The notes under the pieces are model-generated. The model worked only from the letters and a program-made list of their open reading frames with translations. It searched no databases and was not told the DNA's origin. Below are positions 18,748-28,676 of a stretch of 64,000 nt of DNA, one piece after another. Position 1 is the stretch's first letter; the number at the start of each line of letters is the position of its first letter. The position numbers and the translations under genes are program-made. The DNA is taken from assembly GCA_016214345.1 (NCBI GenBank), contig JACROR010000009.1, forward strand, positions 241 through 64,240, in the 5' to 3' direction. This DNA comes from Candidatus Niyogibacteria bacterium. GTDB taxonomy: Bacteria > Patescibacteriota > Minisyncoccia > JACROR01.

Positions 18748-19314
18748 ATGGACATCAAAAATGTTCTGTCCGTCATTTCCGGAATATTATTCGCCGCGGC
18801 TTACATCCCGTACATACGAACGATTCTTAATGGTAAAACAAAACCAGCCAAAGCGTCCTGGATAATTTGGGCGAGCCTTGATGCCATTATTATTGCCGGC
18901 ATGATGGCGGAAAACTCCGTAAACTACCAAATAATCTGCGCCTTCCTGGGCTCAAGCGCGGTAGCTACCCTGTCATTAAAATACGGCATTCCGGGTTGGA
19001 GCGTACTTGATAAGGCCTGTTTTATCGGAGCAATTTTAGGAATAATCCTTTGGGGGACATTTAACAATCCCTTGTTTGGCATCATAATCAGCTTGGGCGT
19101 GATGTTTGTCGGCTCCGTACCCACTTTTGTGTCGGTATGGAAAGATCCGAGCCACGAAGATCGCTTTGCCTGGACGCTCTTTTGGCTATCTTGCGTAGTC
19201 GCAATTCCGGCGATTCCGCATTGGACCGTAGCGAATGCCGCCCAACCGCTGACCTTTTTCGCCATAGAAACCGTAATGATGTACATTTTATTTATTAAAA
19301 GTCCCGTGCGCTAA
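18748..19314 (+). CDS. polytopic membrane protein, unknown function
   Basis: SD aaaggaga; 5-6 TM helices. Confidence 0.5.
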   Translation: MDIKNVLSVISGILFAAAYIPYIRTILNGKTKPAKASWIIWASLDAIIIAGMMAENSVNYQIICAFLGSSAVATLSLKYGIPGWSVLDKACFIGAILGIILWGTFNNPLFGIIISLGVMFVGSVPTFVSVWKDPSHEDRFAWTLFWLSCVVAIPAIPHWTVANAAQPLTFFAIETVMMYILFIKSPVR

Positions 19315-19354
19315 TTGTGCCGGGATTTTTCTTTTTACAGCCGCTCAACAAAAC

Positions 19355-19681
19355 CTACAACGAAGGATCTTTAACCGGCGGAGCCGATAATACATCATTA
19401 AAGCGCTTCTCCCTGTCTCTAAGAACGCCGATAATTTTATCCAGCGTGTCGCGGTTAATGGCTTCCGTCTGGATTATCGGCCATACACTAATATTTTCAA
19501 AGGCCGCGGAAGTTTCATTCCAAAATATCCAAGCATCAAAAAACAAAACGCCGACCATCAATCCCAAAAGTACCGCCACCAAATAAATCCAAGATTTCTT
19601 GGACGATCCTCCAAATAACGCGATAAAAAAACCGTTGGCTTTTAAAATAATATTTTGTTTTAGGTTAATTAAACTGTTCAT
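19355..19681 (-). CDS. small membrane protein, last gene of pilus operon
   Basis: One TM helix; 4-nt gap to pilO. Confidence 0.4.
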   Translation of the reverse strand: MNSLINLKQNIILKANGFFIALFGGSSKKSWIYLVAVLLGLMVGVLFFDAWIFWNETSAAFENISVWPIIQTEAINRDTLDKIIGVLRDREKRFNDVLSAPPVKDPSL

Positions 19682-19685
19682 AAAA

Positions 19686-20222
19686 TTAAAAAGTGAAGCT
19701 CAACACTTTAACATCCAAACGGGCTTCCCAAGTTTCTTTTTTGTTGATTAACTGCGTACTTTTCTGGATGGTCGCCGTTTCAAACAAAACTTGATATGGA
19801 ATACTGCCGATCAGAGAAACGAAACGGCGAACGCCGTCAAAATTGCCGCGCGCTACCAAGCTAAAACTGGGCCCCAAATCTTTTTGATCGCGCGGAACAT
19901 TGGCATTGCCTACCTGTAACGAAACTCCGCTCAAATCCGCCACCCGTTCCAATTCCTTGATAAATTGCACCAAGTCTTTTTCACCGATAAAAGAATCGTT
20001 TATAGAGCCACGATCTTTCTCAATATCCTTCAACAAATCTTCCAAATTTTTAATACTATTCACTTTAAGGCGCACCTCGTCTAATTGATACCGTACCGAC
20101 AGAATCTGATTTTTTTCCATTAAAATCTTATTGAAAATAAACAGCCACGCCAAAACTGCCACAATATTTACCAGCAGCGCCACCACGCCTAAAATTAAAG
20201 TTTTTTTTATTTTATGGCTCAT
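19686..20222 (-). CDS. pilO: type IV pilus assembly protein PilO-like
   Basis: N-terminal TM plus coiled coil; follows pilM-pilN. Confidence 0.6.
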   Translation of the reverse strand: MSHKIKKTLILGVVALLVNIVAVLAWLFIFNKILMEKNQILSVRYQLDEVRLKVNSIKNLEDLLKDIEKDRGSINDSFIGEKDLVQFIKELERVADLSGVSLQVGNANVPRDQKDLGPSFSLVARGNFDGVRRFVSLIGSIPYQVLFETATIQKSTQLINKKETWEARLDVKVLSFTF

Positions 20223-20763
20223 TCTTTTTTATGTCCAAAACCAAAGAAAACTCCACTTTTTCCCGGCTTAGCAAATTAGAGATGGGCGAATAAACTTTTC
20301 CGAAAAATCCGCTTTGTTCCAATTTATCCACAAATTTCAAAAGAGCCTCACGAGTGTCGGCATACCCTAAAACGGTCAGTGTGCCAACGCTCTCACCCTT
20401 GTTGGCCTTATAAAAAAACGTATGGAAAGAAATTCCGAAAGGTTGAAAACGCAACACCGCGTCTATTTCTTTGGCGGGATCCCTTAATAAGGCCAGGCTC
20501 CCGTGCAAGGCGCCAACCCGATTATTTAAATCTTTAATGGCTGATTCTATAGATTCGGCCTTGCGCAATTCCGGGCTTTCCTTTTCAATTTGCAATCCTC
20601 TTTCTAATTCTCTGGATTGCAAAATTAAATACAAATAAGACGGCGCTAAAAAAGCCAAAGCAACGGCGAACACGCAAGCTAAACCGACGCATGCCACAAC
20701 GCAAAATCTCAAAAATCTCTCGGTGGCCACTTTTTTTTGATCGGCCGGAGGAAGTAAATTCAT
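20212..20763 (-). CDS. pilN: type IV pilus assembly protein PilN-like
   Basis: Single TM then periplasmic domain; overlaps pilM stop. Confidence 0.6.
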   Translation of the reverse strand: MNLLPPADQKKVATERFLRFCVVACVGLACVFAVALAFLAPSYLYLILQSRELERGLQIEKESPELRKAESIESAIKDLNNRVGALHGSLALLRDPAKEIDAVLRFQPFGISFHTFFYKANKGESVGTLTVLGYADTREALLKFVDKLEQSGFFGKVYSPISNLLSREKVEFSLVLDIKKNEP

Positions 20764-21848
20764 GTCTCCAAAATTTTTAAACCCAAACCTATCGCCGTCG
20801 CGTATCCCAATGACTCACGAAAACTTATCTCGGGAATATAATCTTCAAGTGATACTACATTCACCCAGACATTCGCCAATTCCGTCTTCACCTTCAGGCT
20901 ACGCGACAAATATTCAGGCAGACCGTATAAATTGGCATCGCCGCCGCAAAGTATTATTTTTTCTATTTTAATACGGCTATTATCATGCAAATGTTCGGCA
21001 TGCGTCTCCCAAAAATCCAGGCTTTTCTCCGCTTCGTCTTTGATTACCGACGCTATAGGCATAATAGCCGTATAAACATCGCTGTCCGGAGCCATATTAA
21101 AAATATTACCCTGCTCTTTTTTAATGCCCTCCGCCTTACTAATATCCACTTTAAAATTTTTACTTATGGCGCGGTCTATGGCCTCTCCCCCCACATTTAT
21201 CGTGGTAGTAAAACGAAGCTGTCCCGAACTGACTATAAAAAAACTGGTGCGCGTCTTTCCAAAATCTATGATCAAAACCGCTCCGCCGCTCCCTTGAGGA
21301 ATCACCGCTCTCACGATAGACTGCGCCTCTATTTCAAAACTCACCGGAGTAATACCCGCCTCTTCCAAAACATCGCGATACTCATCAATTATACTTTTAG
21401 GATATGCCGCCACCGAAACATCTATAGGGCCGTTCTTGGCATCATTTACCGGTAAAACCTCAAAATCAAACACCACCTCATGCGGCGGCAGAGGGACATG
21501 TTCTTCTAACTGCACCTCTACAGCGTCCCGTATCTTGTCTTTGTCCATAAGCGGCAATTCCGTAACATACAAAAAAGCTTTTTCTTCGGGCAAAGAAATC
21601 GCGGCATATTCTATGTTCAAATGAAGGCTGTTGGACGCCAGCAAATCCACCAGCTCTTTGCGTTTTTTAATTATGCCGGATTCTATAATGCCGGGCGGTG
21701 TAGATACTTTGCCGTATTTTTCTATGCGTACGCCATGGTGCGCCTTGGACAGCGCGATATATTTAAAAGACCGATCGGATAAATCAAGGCCTACCGACGG
21801 CACACTCAAATACTTAGGCGGTGGAAATAGTCTATAAAAAGCGCGCAT
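20760..21848 (-). CDS. pilM: type IV pilus assembly protein PilM (actin-like ATPase fold)
   Basis: VGLDLSDRSFKYIAL N-terminus, 362 aa. Confidence 0.8.
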   Translation of the reverse strand: MRAFYRLFPPPKYLSVPSVGLDLSDRSFKYIALSKAHHGVRIEKYGKVSTPPGIIESGIIKKRKELVDLLASNSLHLNIEYAAISLPEEKAFLYVTELPLMDKDKIRDAVEVQLEEHVPLPPHEVVFDFEVLPVNDAKNGPIDVSVAAYPKSIIDEYRDVLEEAGITPVSFEIEAQSIVRAVIPQGSGGAVLIIDFGKTRTSFFIVSSGQLRFTTTINVGGEAIDRAISKNFKVDISKAEGIKKEQGNIFNMAPDSDVYTAIMPIASVIKDEAEKSLDFWETHAEHLHDNSRIKIEKIILCGGDANLYGLPEYLSRSLKVKTELANVWVNVVSLEDYIPEISFRESLGYATAIGLGLKILET

Positions 21849-21883
21849 AATTTAATTATACCACACCAAAAATTATTTATATT

Positions 21884-23707
21884 TTATTTAAATTCCTGCC
21901 AATTACTCACTGCCCAACCCGCGGTAGGACCCGCGGAAAACTTAGCATTAGATAATCCCTGGTCATAAGTTATTACGGCGTTATTATCCAAGCTAATTTT
22001 GTAAGCGGTCACTTCGGTCACATTCACGCCATTATGCAAGTTTATCTTGCCGTTTTGGGCATAAAAAATTACACCGGTAGCATTATTATGCACATCAGCG
22101 GCGCCGTTATGGTGCGTGCATCCGGTAGAAAAAGAGCCGTCGCAAGCCAAAGTAGTCAATATCAAAAGAAAACTGCCGGTAGAGCCGGAGCCGGAAAATG
22201 TCCCGTTATTTTCAGCGTGAATCCAACCATCAGTTACTATGATGCAGGAATTCACGCCATAGAGCGGATCACACTTGATGGTGGAGCCATTTTGAATATC
22301 CATATTGCCATGCACATAAATCGTACCGGTCACGGTTAAGGTCTTGTTGGCGCTGGACATCACGAGATCCCCAAGAATTTCCTTAGGCCCCAAAGAAATG
22401 TTGCTCGTCACGCTGTAATTGCCGGCAATCTGCCCTCCGGCTTGAGCGTCCGCCTTCCACCGGTCTATATTAGACTGTGAAATAGGCATATTTTGGAGCG
22501 GCGGATCGGAAGCGCCGGGGTGAGCCGTTCCATTGGTAAGTGGAGTACCGCAAGTCTGACTAGTCGGACTATTAAGAAAATTTAGAGAGCCGGAATCAAT
22601 ACTTTGATAATACGCGTCTCCGCAAATCTTGCTGTTGGCAATGGAATTAGCCTTGGCATCTCCTTTCACGATTACTCCATCAATAAGACTTACGCCTGCT
22701 CCGAAATAAGTTTTGAAATTAAGGTCTCCCACGATCTGCGTCCAGGGATCATTATTCCAATCCTGACTGTACTTCGCGACACCGCTGGCGTAACCATTAT
22801 CAGGGTCTCTGCACCATTTCCAATAATCATTACTGTCTTGCGCGGCGTCCAAAATTATCCAATAAGTATTGCCGGCCACCAGCAAAGGCGGAGAATTAAA
22901 AGTTATATCCACCCAGCCATAAGAAGTGGTTACTAAACTACTGATCAAATCGCCCTCCGCGATATCGTTAGAACCGGGCGAGCCACCGCTATCAGCGGTG
23001 ATTCTTATTTCTCGGTTATTGGGACTGCCGGTTTTTTTAATATACAGACTGATCTTGGCCAAGGGCGCGGAGGTCGTAGCGACAAAACTTTGAGCAAAAT
23101 CTATCTGCGGATTAGTTTTTCCGACTATCTGATCCTGCAAGCAAACAATGGATCTCGTCTGCGCGCTCTCATAACTATGCCCCGCCACTATCGCGTCCCC
23201 TGAAACTTTGGCGTCATTCGCGCCCATTATACTGCCGTTGGAATAAACACTGCCCGTGATATTGGAACTTTGACCCATTTCTATGCCGCCCGCGCCAACT
23301 TGCACTCCATAGAAAAAATCCGCTTCCGTTGTCGCAATGTCCAAATTAACGCGTACCTTGCGAAAATTATAATTATTTTCTCCCTTGGCCTCAATAACCT
23401 TTGCATTGCCGCTGCCGGAAATGGTCATGGATGATTTCATTCCATCAGCGGTAAAATCATAACTCGCGGAATAAGGAAAATTGTTTTTTATGCGGTAGAT
23501 CGCGTCCTCTACCCCGGACTCGGCGAAAAAATAACTGATTTTGGCCTTGGTCAGATCATGAGAAATTTTTAAATTTTTAAGCGCCGGCGAAACCGTACTA
23601 AAAATCAAGGAGAGAGATATAAAAAGAAAAAATATCACAACCATAATAACCGCCTGCCCCTTGCGAAAATTTTGAGCCATAAATTTGGAATTTTGAATTT
23701 TCATCAA
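21884..23707 (-). CDS. large pilus-associated protein with N-terminal TM helix (putative PilX/PilY1-like tip factor)
   Basis: 607 aa, hydrophobic N-terminus without E+5, Gly/Asn/Ser-rich; sits between pilins and pilM. Confidence 0.35.
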   Translation of the reverse strand: MMKIQNSKFMAQNFRKGQAVIMVVIFFLFISLSLIFSTVSPALKNLKISHDLTKAKISYFFAESGVEDAIYRIKNNFPYSASYDFTADGMKSSMTISGSGNAKVIEAKGENNYNFRKVRVNLDIATTEADFFYGVQVGAGGIEMGQSSNITGSVYSNGSIMGANDAKVSGDAIVAGHSYESAQTRSIVCLQDQIVGKTNPQIDFAQSFVATTSAPLAKISLYIKKTGSPNNREIRITADSGGSPGSNDIAEGDLISSLVTTSYGWVDITFNSPPLLVAGNTYWIILDAAQDSNDYWKWCRDPDNGYASGVAKYSQDWNNDPWTQIVGDLNFKTYFGAGVSLIDGVIVKGDAKANSIANSKICGDAYYQSIDSGSLNFLNSPTSQTCGTPLTNGTAHPGASDPPLQNMPISQSNIDRWKADAQAGGQIAGNYSVTSNISLGPKEILGDLVMSSANKTLTVTGTIYVHGNMDIQNGSTIKCDPLYGVNSCIIVTDGWIHAENNGTFSGSGSTGSFLLILTTLACDGSFSTGCTHHNGAADVHNNATGVIFYAQNGKINLHNGVNVTEVTAYKISLDNNAVITYDQGLSNAKFSAGPTAGWAVSNWQEFK

Positions 23708-24222
23708 TAACCTCCTCTTAAAATTATGGTGGAATAAAAATTACCGGATTTATACTGTTCAGCGCTTGAGCGCATCTGCATTTCAATTTTTACCGCCTGC
23801 GAAACCGTGGAACCGGTGAGCTTTCTAAACACCAAATTAGTAACTTCAATCTCCGGCAAGGAAAGCAATTGCTCTGCTCCGCCATTGGCCTTGTAAGCCA
23901 AAGCGGCGCCGCTAAGATAAAACTCCATGGTTTCTTCGGCGCCGGTATCCGGATTTTTCTTATGCAAATACAGCCGGCCCGGATGCGCTTCAAAAACGCT
24001 GGCGGCATCGTCCACGCTATACGCGGATCTGGTCTCGCGTATCATTCTCTCCATAGCCGCCTCTGCCGAAGAATTAAGTCGGCGCGTCGCCTTAAAATCA
24101 CCGACGGTTGAGAAAATTACCAACAACATATTAATGGTAAAAACCAGCACGACCGCGAGCATAGAAACATAAATTACCGTTTCTATTAAAGTAAAACCGC
24201 AATTTTTTCTTCGTAATTCCAT
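23704..24222 (-). CDS. prepilin-type (pseudopilin/minor pilin) protein
   Basis: Class III signal RRKNCG|FTLIETV. Confidence 0.7.
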   Translation of the reverse strand: MELRRKNCGFTLIETVIYVSMLAVVLVFTINMLLVIFSTVGDFKATRRLNSSAEAAMERMIRETRSAYSVDDAASVFEAHPGRLYLHKKNPDTGAEETMEFYLSGAALAYKANGGAEQLLSLPEIEVTNLVFRKLTGSTVSQAVKIEMQMRSSAEQYKSGNFYSTIILRGGY

Positions 24223-24233
24223 CGATTCTATGT

Positions 24234-24716
24234 TTAATTTTTAAAAAGATTGGCAATATAGGCGCTCATCTGTTCCGTCGTCGTACTGTTCTTATTCCGC
24301 CACGAAATATAAACCGTAATTTTTTTTGTCCCGTCATCGGCGGCGCCGGATGAGGCGATATTGCCATTAACATCGCGATAAACACCGGTTAAAATAAACT
24401 TTCTCTCAAATATCCCGTCAATTAAAACATTGGCGGTGGTAGTCGCCCACTTGGCATTATTATACCGTAAATAATAATTAGTGCCCGACGCCAAAGTGGA
24501 GATATTGTTTGTCCAGCCGCGATCACGCATAGTTTTTACCGCTTCAAGGCCTTCTTCTATTAAAAAATTCGCCTTAATGCTGTCCGTGTTCTGTTGCGCC
24601 GCTTTCATCGCTAACTGGACGGACGCGGCAATGCTAAAAAGCGCGATGGATAAGACCGACACTCCCACCACCAGTTCCAACATCCCAAATCCCGATTTTT
24701 GCAATTTTATATTCAT
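24234..24716 (-). CDS. prepilin-type pilin
   Basis: QKSG|FGMLELVVGVSVL with Glu+5. Confidence 0.7.
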   Translation of the reverse strand: MNIKLQKSGFGMLELVVGVSVLSIALFSIAASVQLAMKAAQQNTDSIKANFLIEEGLEAVKTMRDRGWTNNISTLASGTNYYLRYNNAKWATTTANVLIDGIFERKFILTGVYRDVNGNIASSGAADDGTKKITVYISWRNKNSTTTEQMSAYIANLFKN

Positions 24717-24717
24717 A

Positions 24718-25200
24718 TCAATTTGAACTGGATATGCCGGAATTAAAAATAGTTATAGTTTTCGTATCATTTATATAAGCTTTGAGCCGTATAATCACTG
24801 TTCCATACTGCGCGGTGATACCCGTCAATCGTTCAAACAAAACATCTGCCCCTCCGCCATTCAAGCTCGCCGCCGACATTTCCACGGAATTAGGAAAATC
24901 AAAATAAACATTATTCACATCAGAGGCGTTATAGGCCGCTCCCTTGAAAAGCGCAACGCGCGAACTTTCAAAATGTACGCCATATTGCGCGTCAGCCTCG
25001 GATCTCATGGTTTTGGCACGCGCGTCTTCCAGCGACAATAAAGCCGCGCTTGAAACGCGTGAAAGCTCCTGCGATCGGCGGAAAGACGTTAAACCGGAAA
25101 AAATCAGGGATGCCAATATTACCGCAACCGCCGTGGCCACCACCAGCTCCATCATGCTAATTCCGGCATTTGTTGATTTTATAGATTTTATTTTAAACAT
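24718..25200 (-). CDS. prepilin-type pilin
   Basis: TNAG|ISMMELVVATAVAVIL with Glu+5. Confidence 0.65.
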   Translation of the reverse strand: MFKIKSIKSTNAGISMMELVVATAVAVILASLIFSGLTSFRRSQELSRVSSAALLSLEDARAKTMRSEADAQYGVHFESSRVALFKGAAYNASDVNNVYFDFPNSVEMSAASLNGGGADVLFERLTGITAQYGTVIIRLKAYINDTKTITIFNSGISSSN

Positions 25201-25240
25201 TTATACCTCGCGGACTATAAAATTTTAAGCTCGTGATTTT

Positions 25241-26458
25241 TTATAAATTACTTAAACTTGAATACAACGGCTGAATCATAGAAATCGCGAAAAATCCCAC
25301 CACTACTCCGATAATAACCATCAAAATCGGTTCTACTATCGTTGACATATCTTGAGTCGCGGCAGAAACCTCTTCTTCGTAAAAATCCGCCAGACGACCC
25401 AGCATTTCGGATAATTTACCGGTTTCTTCGCCCACCGACATCATTTCTCCCACCAACAACGGATACAAATTCGCGTTTTCCTTAAAAACTTCCGCGATAG
25501 GCTTGCCCTTTTGCACTCTCTCCCGCGCTTCGCGCAACACCGCCCTATAATAATAGTTCTGCAAAACGTCTTCGGTTATTTCCAAAGCGCGCAGAACATC
25601 AACGCCCGAACCTATCAAAGAGCCCAGTGTGCGCGCGGTGCGCGCGGCGTTTATTTCCTGAACTAGTGTTTTGAAAATCGGCAAATGTAAAAGCGCACTA
25701 GACAACCAACGCTGGCCGATTTCTGTCCTCAAAAACCATGTTATTGCGCCTATAATGGCGGCGACCAACGCTAAGAATATAAATGTATGAGAAACGATGA
25801 AATTGCTTACGGCAATGATAGCTTTAGTCGTGGGTGGCAGTTCAATACTCAATTCTTTAAAAGTAGAAACCAAGGTGGGCACCACATAAATAAGCATAAG
25901 CACTCCTATGACCATCATGGCCACAATAATTATGGACGGATAAACCAACGCGCCGCGCACTCTGCGAAATAGCGCGTGCTCTTTCTCCATTTGATGCCCT
26001 AGGAGCCGGAAAGTTTCAGATAAATTTCCACCCTCTTCTCCGGCTTTTACCATGGATATGAAAAGCGAAGAAAAAACATCATGGTGGTCCGCCATGCTGT
26101 CAGAAAGAGGCCTTCCCTTTCTTATCTCCGCGGCCACATCATTCAACACCGAACAAAATTTTACGCTCTTAGTTTGAGAGGCTAATATATCCAAAGATTT
26201 GGCCAAAGAAACTCCCGCGTCTATCATAACCGCGACATTACGCGCAAAGATCATTTTATCTACCACCGAAACGCGGCTAAACAAATTGAAAGACATGCCG
26301 GAAGACGCGGATTTGGCCGCCTCGATCTCCGCATAAGCTATTAGGCTATAACCGTCGCACCTAAGCATCTTAGCCAGATCAAATTTATCTTTGGCGTCTT
26401 TGGTGCCATGCGTTTCTTCACCGGAAATTTTTTTAGCCGTGTAAGAAAAAAGTGTCAT
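25241..26458 (-). CDS. pilC: type IV pilus platform protein PilC (GspF family)
   Basis: Two GspF repeats; 405 aa. Confidence 0.85.
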   Translation of the reverse strand: MTLFSYTAKKISGEETHGTKDAKDKFDLAKMLRCDGYSLIAYAEIEAAKSASSGMSFNLFSRVSVVDKMIFARNVAVMIDAGVSLAKSLDILASQTKSVKFCSVLNDVAAEIRKGRPLSDSMADHHDVFSSLFISMVKAGEEGGNLSETFRLLGHQMEKEHALFRRVRGALVYPSIIIVAMMVIGVLMLIYVVPTLVSTFKELSIELPPTTKAIIAVSNFIVSHTFIFLALVAAIIGAITWFLRTEIGQRWLSSALLHLPIFKTLVQEINAARTARTLGSLIGSGVDVLRALEITEDVLQNYYYRAVLREARERVQKGKPIAEVFKENANLYPLLVGEMMSVGEETGKLSEMLGRLADFYEEEVSAATQDMSTIVEPILMVIIGVVVGFFAISMIQPLYSSLSNL

Positions 26459-28212
26459 GCAGTTTCTTCTCTGGTTACGCGCAAAACTTCTTCCAGCGTA
26501 GTAATACCTTGCGCCGCTTTTATAATGCCGTCTTCCAGCATGGTTATCATGCCTTCTTTTTTCGCTTGTTTTTCTAGATCATCGGAGGTCGCTCCCGACA
26601 TAACCATATTTTTAATGGTTTCGGACATATACAAAACTTCGTGCACGCCTATGCGTCCCTGATAACCATCCGGCGCGTCGGCGGATTCCTTGGGCTTATG
26701 AAAAGTCATGTCCTGCCAACCGTCTTTGGCGCCTATTATTTTTTCATGCCGCATAATCGCAAGCATTTGATCTAAATCAATTTCCTTGCCCAATTTCGCC
26801 ACTTGTTCGCGCGTCAATTTATACGGCTCTTTGACTTTGTAAAGCGTCCTGATTAAGCGTTGAGCTATTATTAAGTTTACCGTGGAAACAATGAGAAACG
26901 GCTCAGCTTTCATATCTATCAGGCGGGGCAACGAACCTGCCGCGGAATTGGTGTGAAGTGTGGATAATACCAAGTGTCCGGTCAAAGCCGCGTTTATGGC
27001 GAGAGACGCGGTTTCGTTGTCGCGGATCTCGCCTACCATTACAATATCGGGGTCTTGACGCAAAAGAGACCTCAAACCATTGGCAAAACTATAACCTATA
27101 TCCGGACGCACCTGCGATTGATTGATGCGCGGCATGCGATATTCTATAGGATCCTCAATAGTGGAGATATTCACTTCCGGCGTGTTTAAAATATCCAAAA
27201 TCGTATAAAGAGTGGTGGTTTTGCCCGATCCGGTAGGGCCGGTGGCCAAAATCATGCCCGTCGGTTTTTTTATGGCGCGATGTATTTTCTCCAATCCCTC
27301 TCCGAAAAATCCCAACTTTTCCAAAGTAAATCCCTTGGAATTTTCCGGCAAAAGACGAAGCACAGATTTTTCTCCGTCATAAATAGGCAGTATGGAAACA
27401 CGGAAAGAAACCTTGTATTCCGCCGTTTCCACTTTAAAACGTCCGTCCTGAGGAAGACGGTGTTCGTCTAATTTTAAATTGGATAAAATTTTGATTCTGG
27501 CAATAATGCTCGAAGCAACCTGCTTAGGCAAAACCATGGCGTCATGCAAAATCCCGTCAAGGCGATATCGCACGATAACTTCTTTTTCCAAAGGTTCTAT
27601 GTGAATATCCGAGGCCTGCTGAATTATGGCGTGTTTGAGCAAGGTATCCACGATTCTCACCACCGGTAAATCTTCGGCCATTTTTTTCAAATCTTCACCG
27701 CCCGCGTCTTTCAACTCGCCCTCCACCGGGCGCAAAATTTCCGCATCCTTGCTTATAAGCTCGCCGAATTCCACTTCCAGACTTTTTTGATACTGTTTCA
27801 ACGCTTCCTGCATGGATTTTTTGTCAGTCAGGCGCGGCAAAAGTTTCAGACTGGTGGTTTTCTGGATTGCCTGGATGGTTTCCAAGTCTTCCGGATCCAA
27901 CATGGCAACTTCCAGCGCATTACCTTTTTTCTTAAATGCTATCACATTATGGCTGCGGGCTAAGGGCTCCGGCACCGCGCGCAAAACATCAGGTTCTATT
28001 TTCTGATCTTGAAGCGACACAAAAGGTATGCCTAAAATATAAGCCTTGAGGCGCGTAAGATCTTCCACCGAGATCTTACCTTTTGCCACGAGAATTTCTC
28101 CTATATTTTGATCGCCCTTAGCGGAAATTTTTTCCGCAGCCGAAACATCATCCGCGGACACCAGTCCCGAGTCCAGTAAAAATGCCTTTAACTGTTGATT
28201 GTCTATTCTCAT
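26455..28212 (-). CDS. pilB: type IV pilus assembly ATPase PilB (GspE family)
   Basis: Walker A GPTGSGKTTTLYTIL; N-terminal T2SE_N domain. Confidence 0.9.
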   Translation of the reverse strand: MRIDNQQLKAFLLDSGLVSADDVSAAEKISAKGDQNIGEILVAKGKISVEDLTRLKAYILGIPFVSLQDQKIEPDVLRAVPEPLARSHNVIAFKKKGNALEVAMLDPEDLETIQAIQKTTSLKLLPRLTDKKSMQEALKQYQKSLEVEFGELISKDAEILRPVEGELKDAGGEDLKKMAEDLPVVRIVDTLLKHAIIQQASDIHIEPLEKEVIVRYRLDGILHDAMVLPKQVASSIIARIKILSNLKLDEHRLPQDGRFKVETAEYKVSFRVSILPIYDGEKSVLRLLPENSKGFTLEKLGFFGEGLEKIHRAIKKPTGMILATGPTGSGKTTTLYTILDILNTPEVNISTIEDPIEYRMPRINQSQVRPDIGYSFANGLRSLLRQDPDIVMVGEIRDNETASLAINAALTGHLVLSTLHTNSAAGSLPRLIDMKAEPFLIVSTVNLIIAQRLIRTLYKVKEPYKLTREQVAKLGKEIDLDQMLAIMRHEKIIGAKDGWQDMTFHKPKESADAPDGYQGRIGVHEVLYMSETIKNMVMSGATSDDLEKQAKKEGMITMLEDGIIKAAQGITTLEEVLRVTREETA

Positions 28213-28218
28213 TAATAA

Positions 28219-28617
28219 TCAATCCACTATGTACTCTTCTACCAATTTGGCTATGCGGCGAGTAATTTCATCCAAACTATAATCAGCCTTTATCAAATAA
28301 GCCTTGGCGCCCGAGGAAATGGCGCGCTCTATGTCATTTCCCGATTCTAAATTAGTAAGCACTACCACGGGAATAACGGCCAGTTCCGGTCTACCATTCA
28401 AAAAGCGCAACACTTCAAAACCATTTTTCTTCGGCAAGATCAGATCCAAAAGAATAAGATCCGGCTTTTTTTCCTGCGCCAGCTTTATGCCTTCTTCGCC
28501 GTCAAAGGCCTGGATCACCTCATACCCCTCTTTCTGCTCCAAGACCTGACGCAATGCTTTTTGAAAACCAGGCTCGTCTTCCACTAATAATATTTTGTAA
28601 CGCCTTTTTTTATCCAT
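28219..28617 (-). CDS. single-domain response regulator (CheY-like receiver only)
   Basis: KILLVEDE...DLILLDLILP...; no output domain. Confidence 0.85.
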   Translation of the reverse strand: MDKKRRYKILLVEDEPGFQKALRQVLEQKEGYEVIQAFDGEEGIKLAQEKKPDLILLDLILPKKNGFEVLRFLNGRPELAVIPVVVLTNLESGNDIERAISSGAKAYLIKADYSLDEITRRIAKLVEEYIVD

Positions 28618-28676
28618 ACCTATTAATAATATTTATAAAATAAAATCAATAATGCTTTATTTGGTGGCGGGACTGC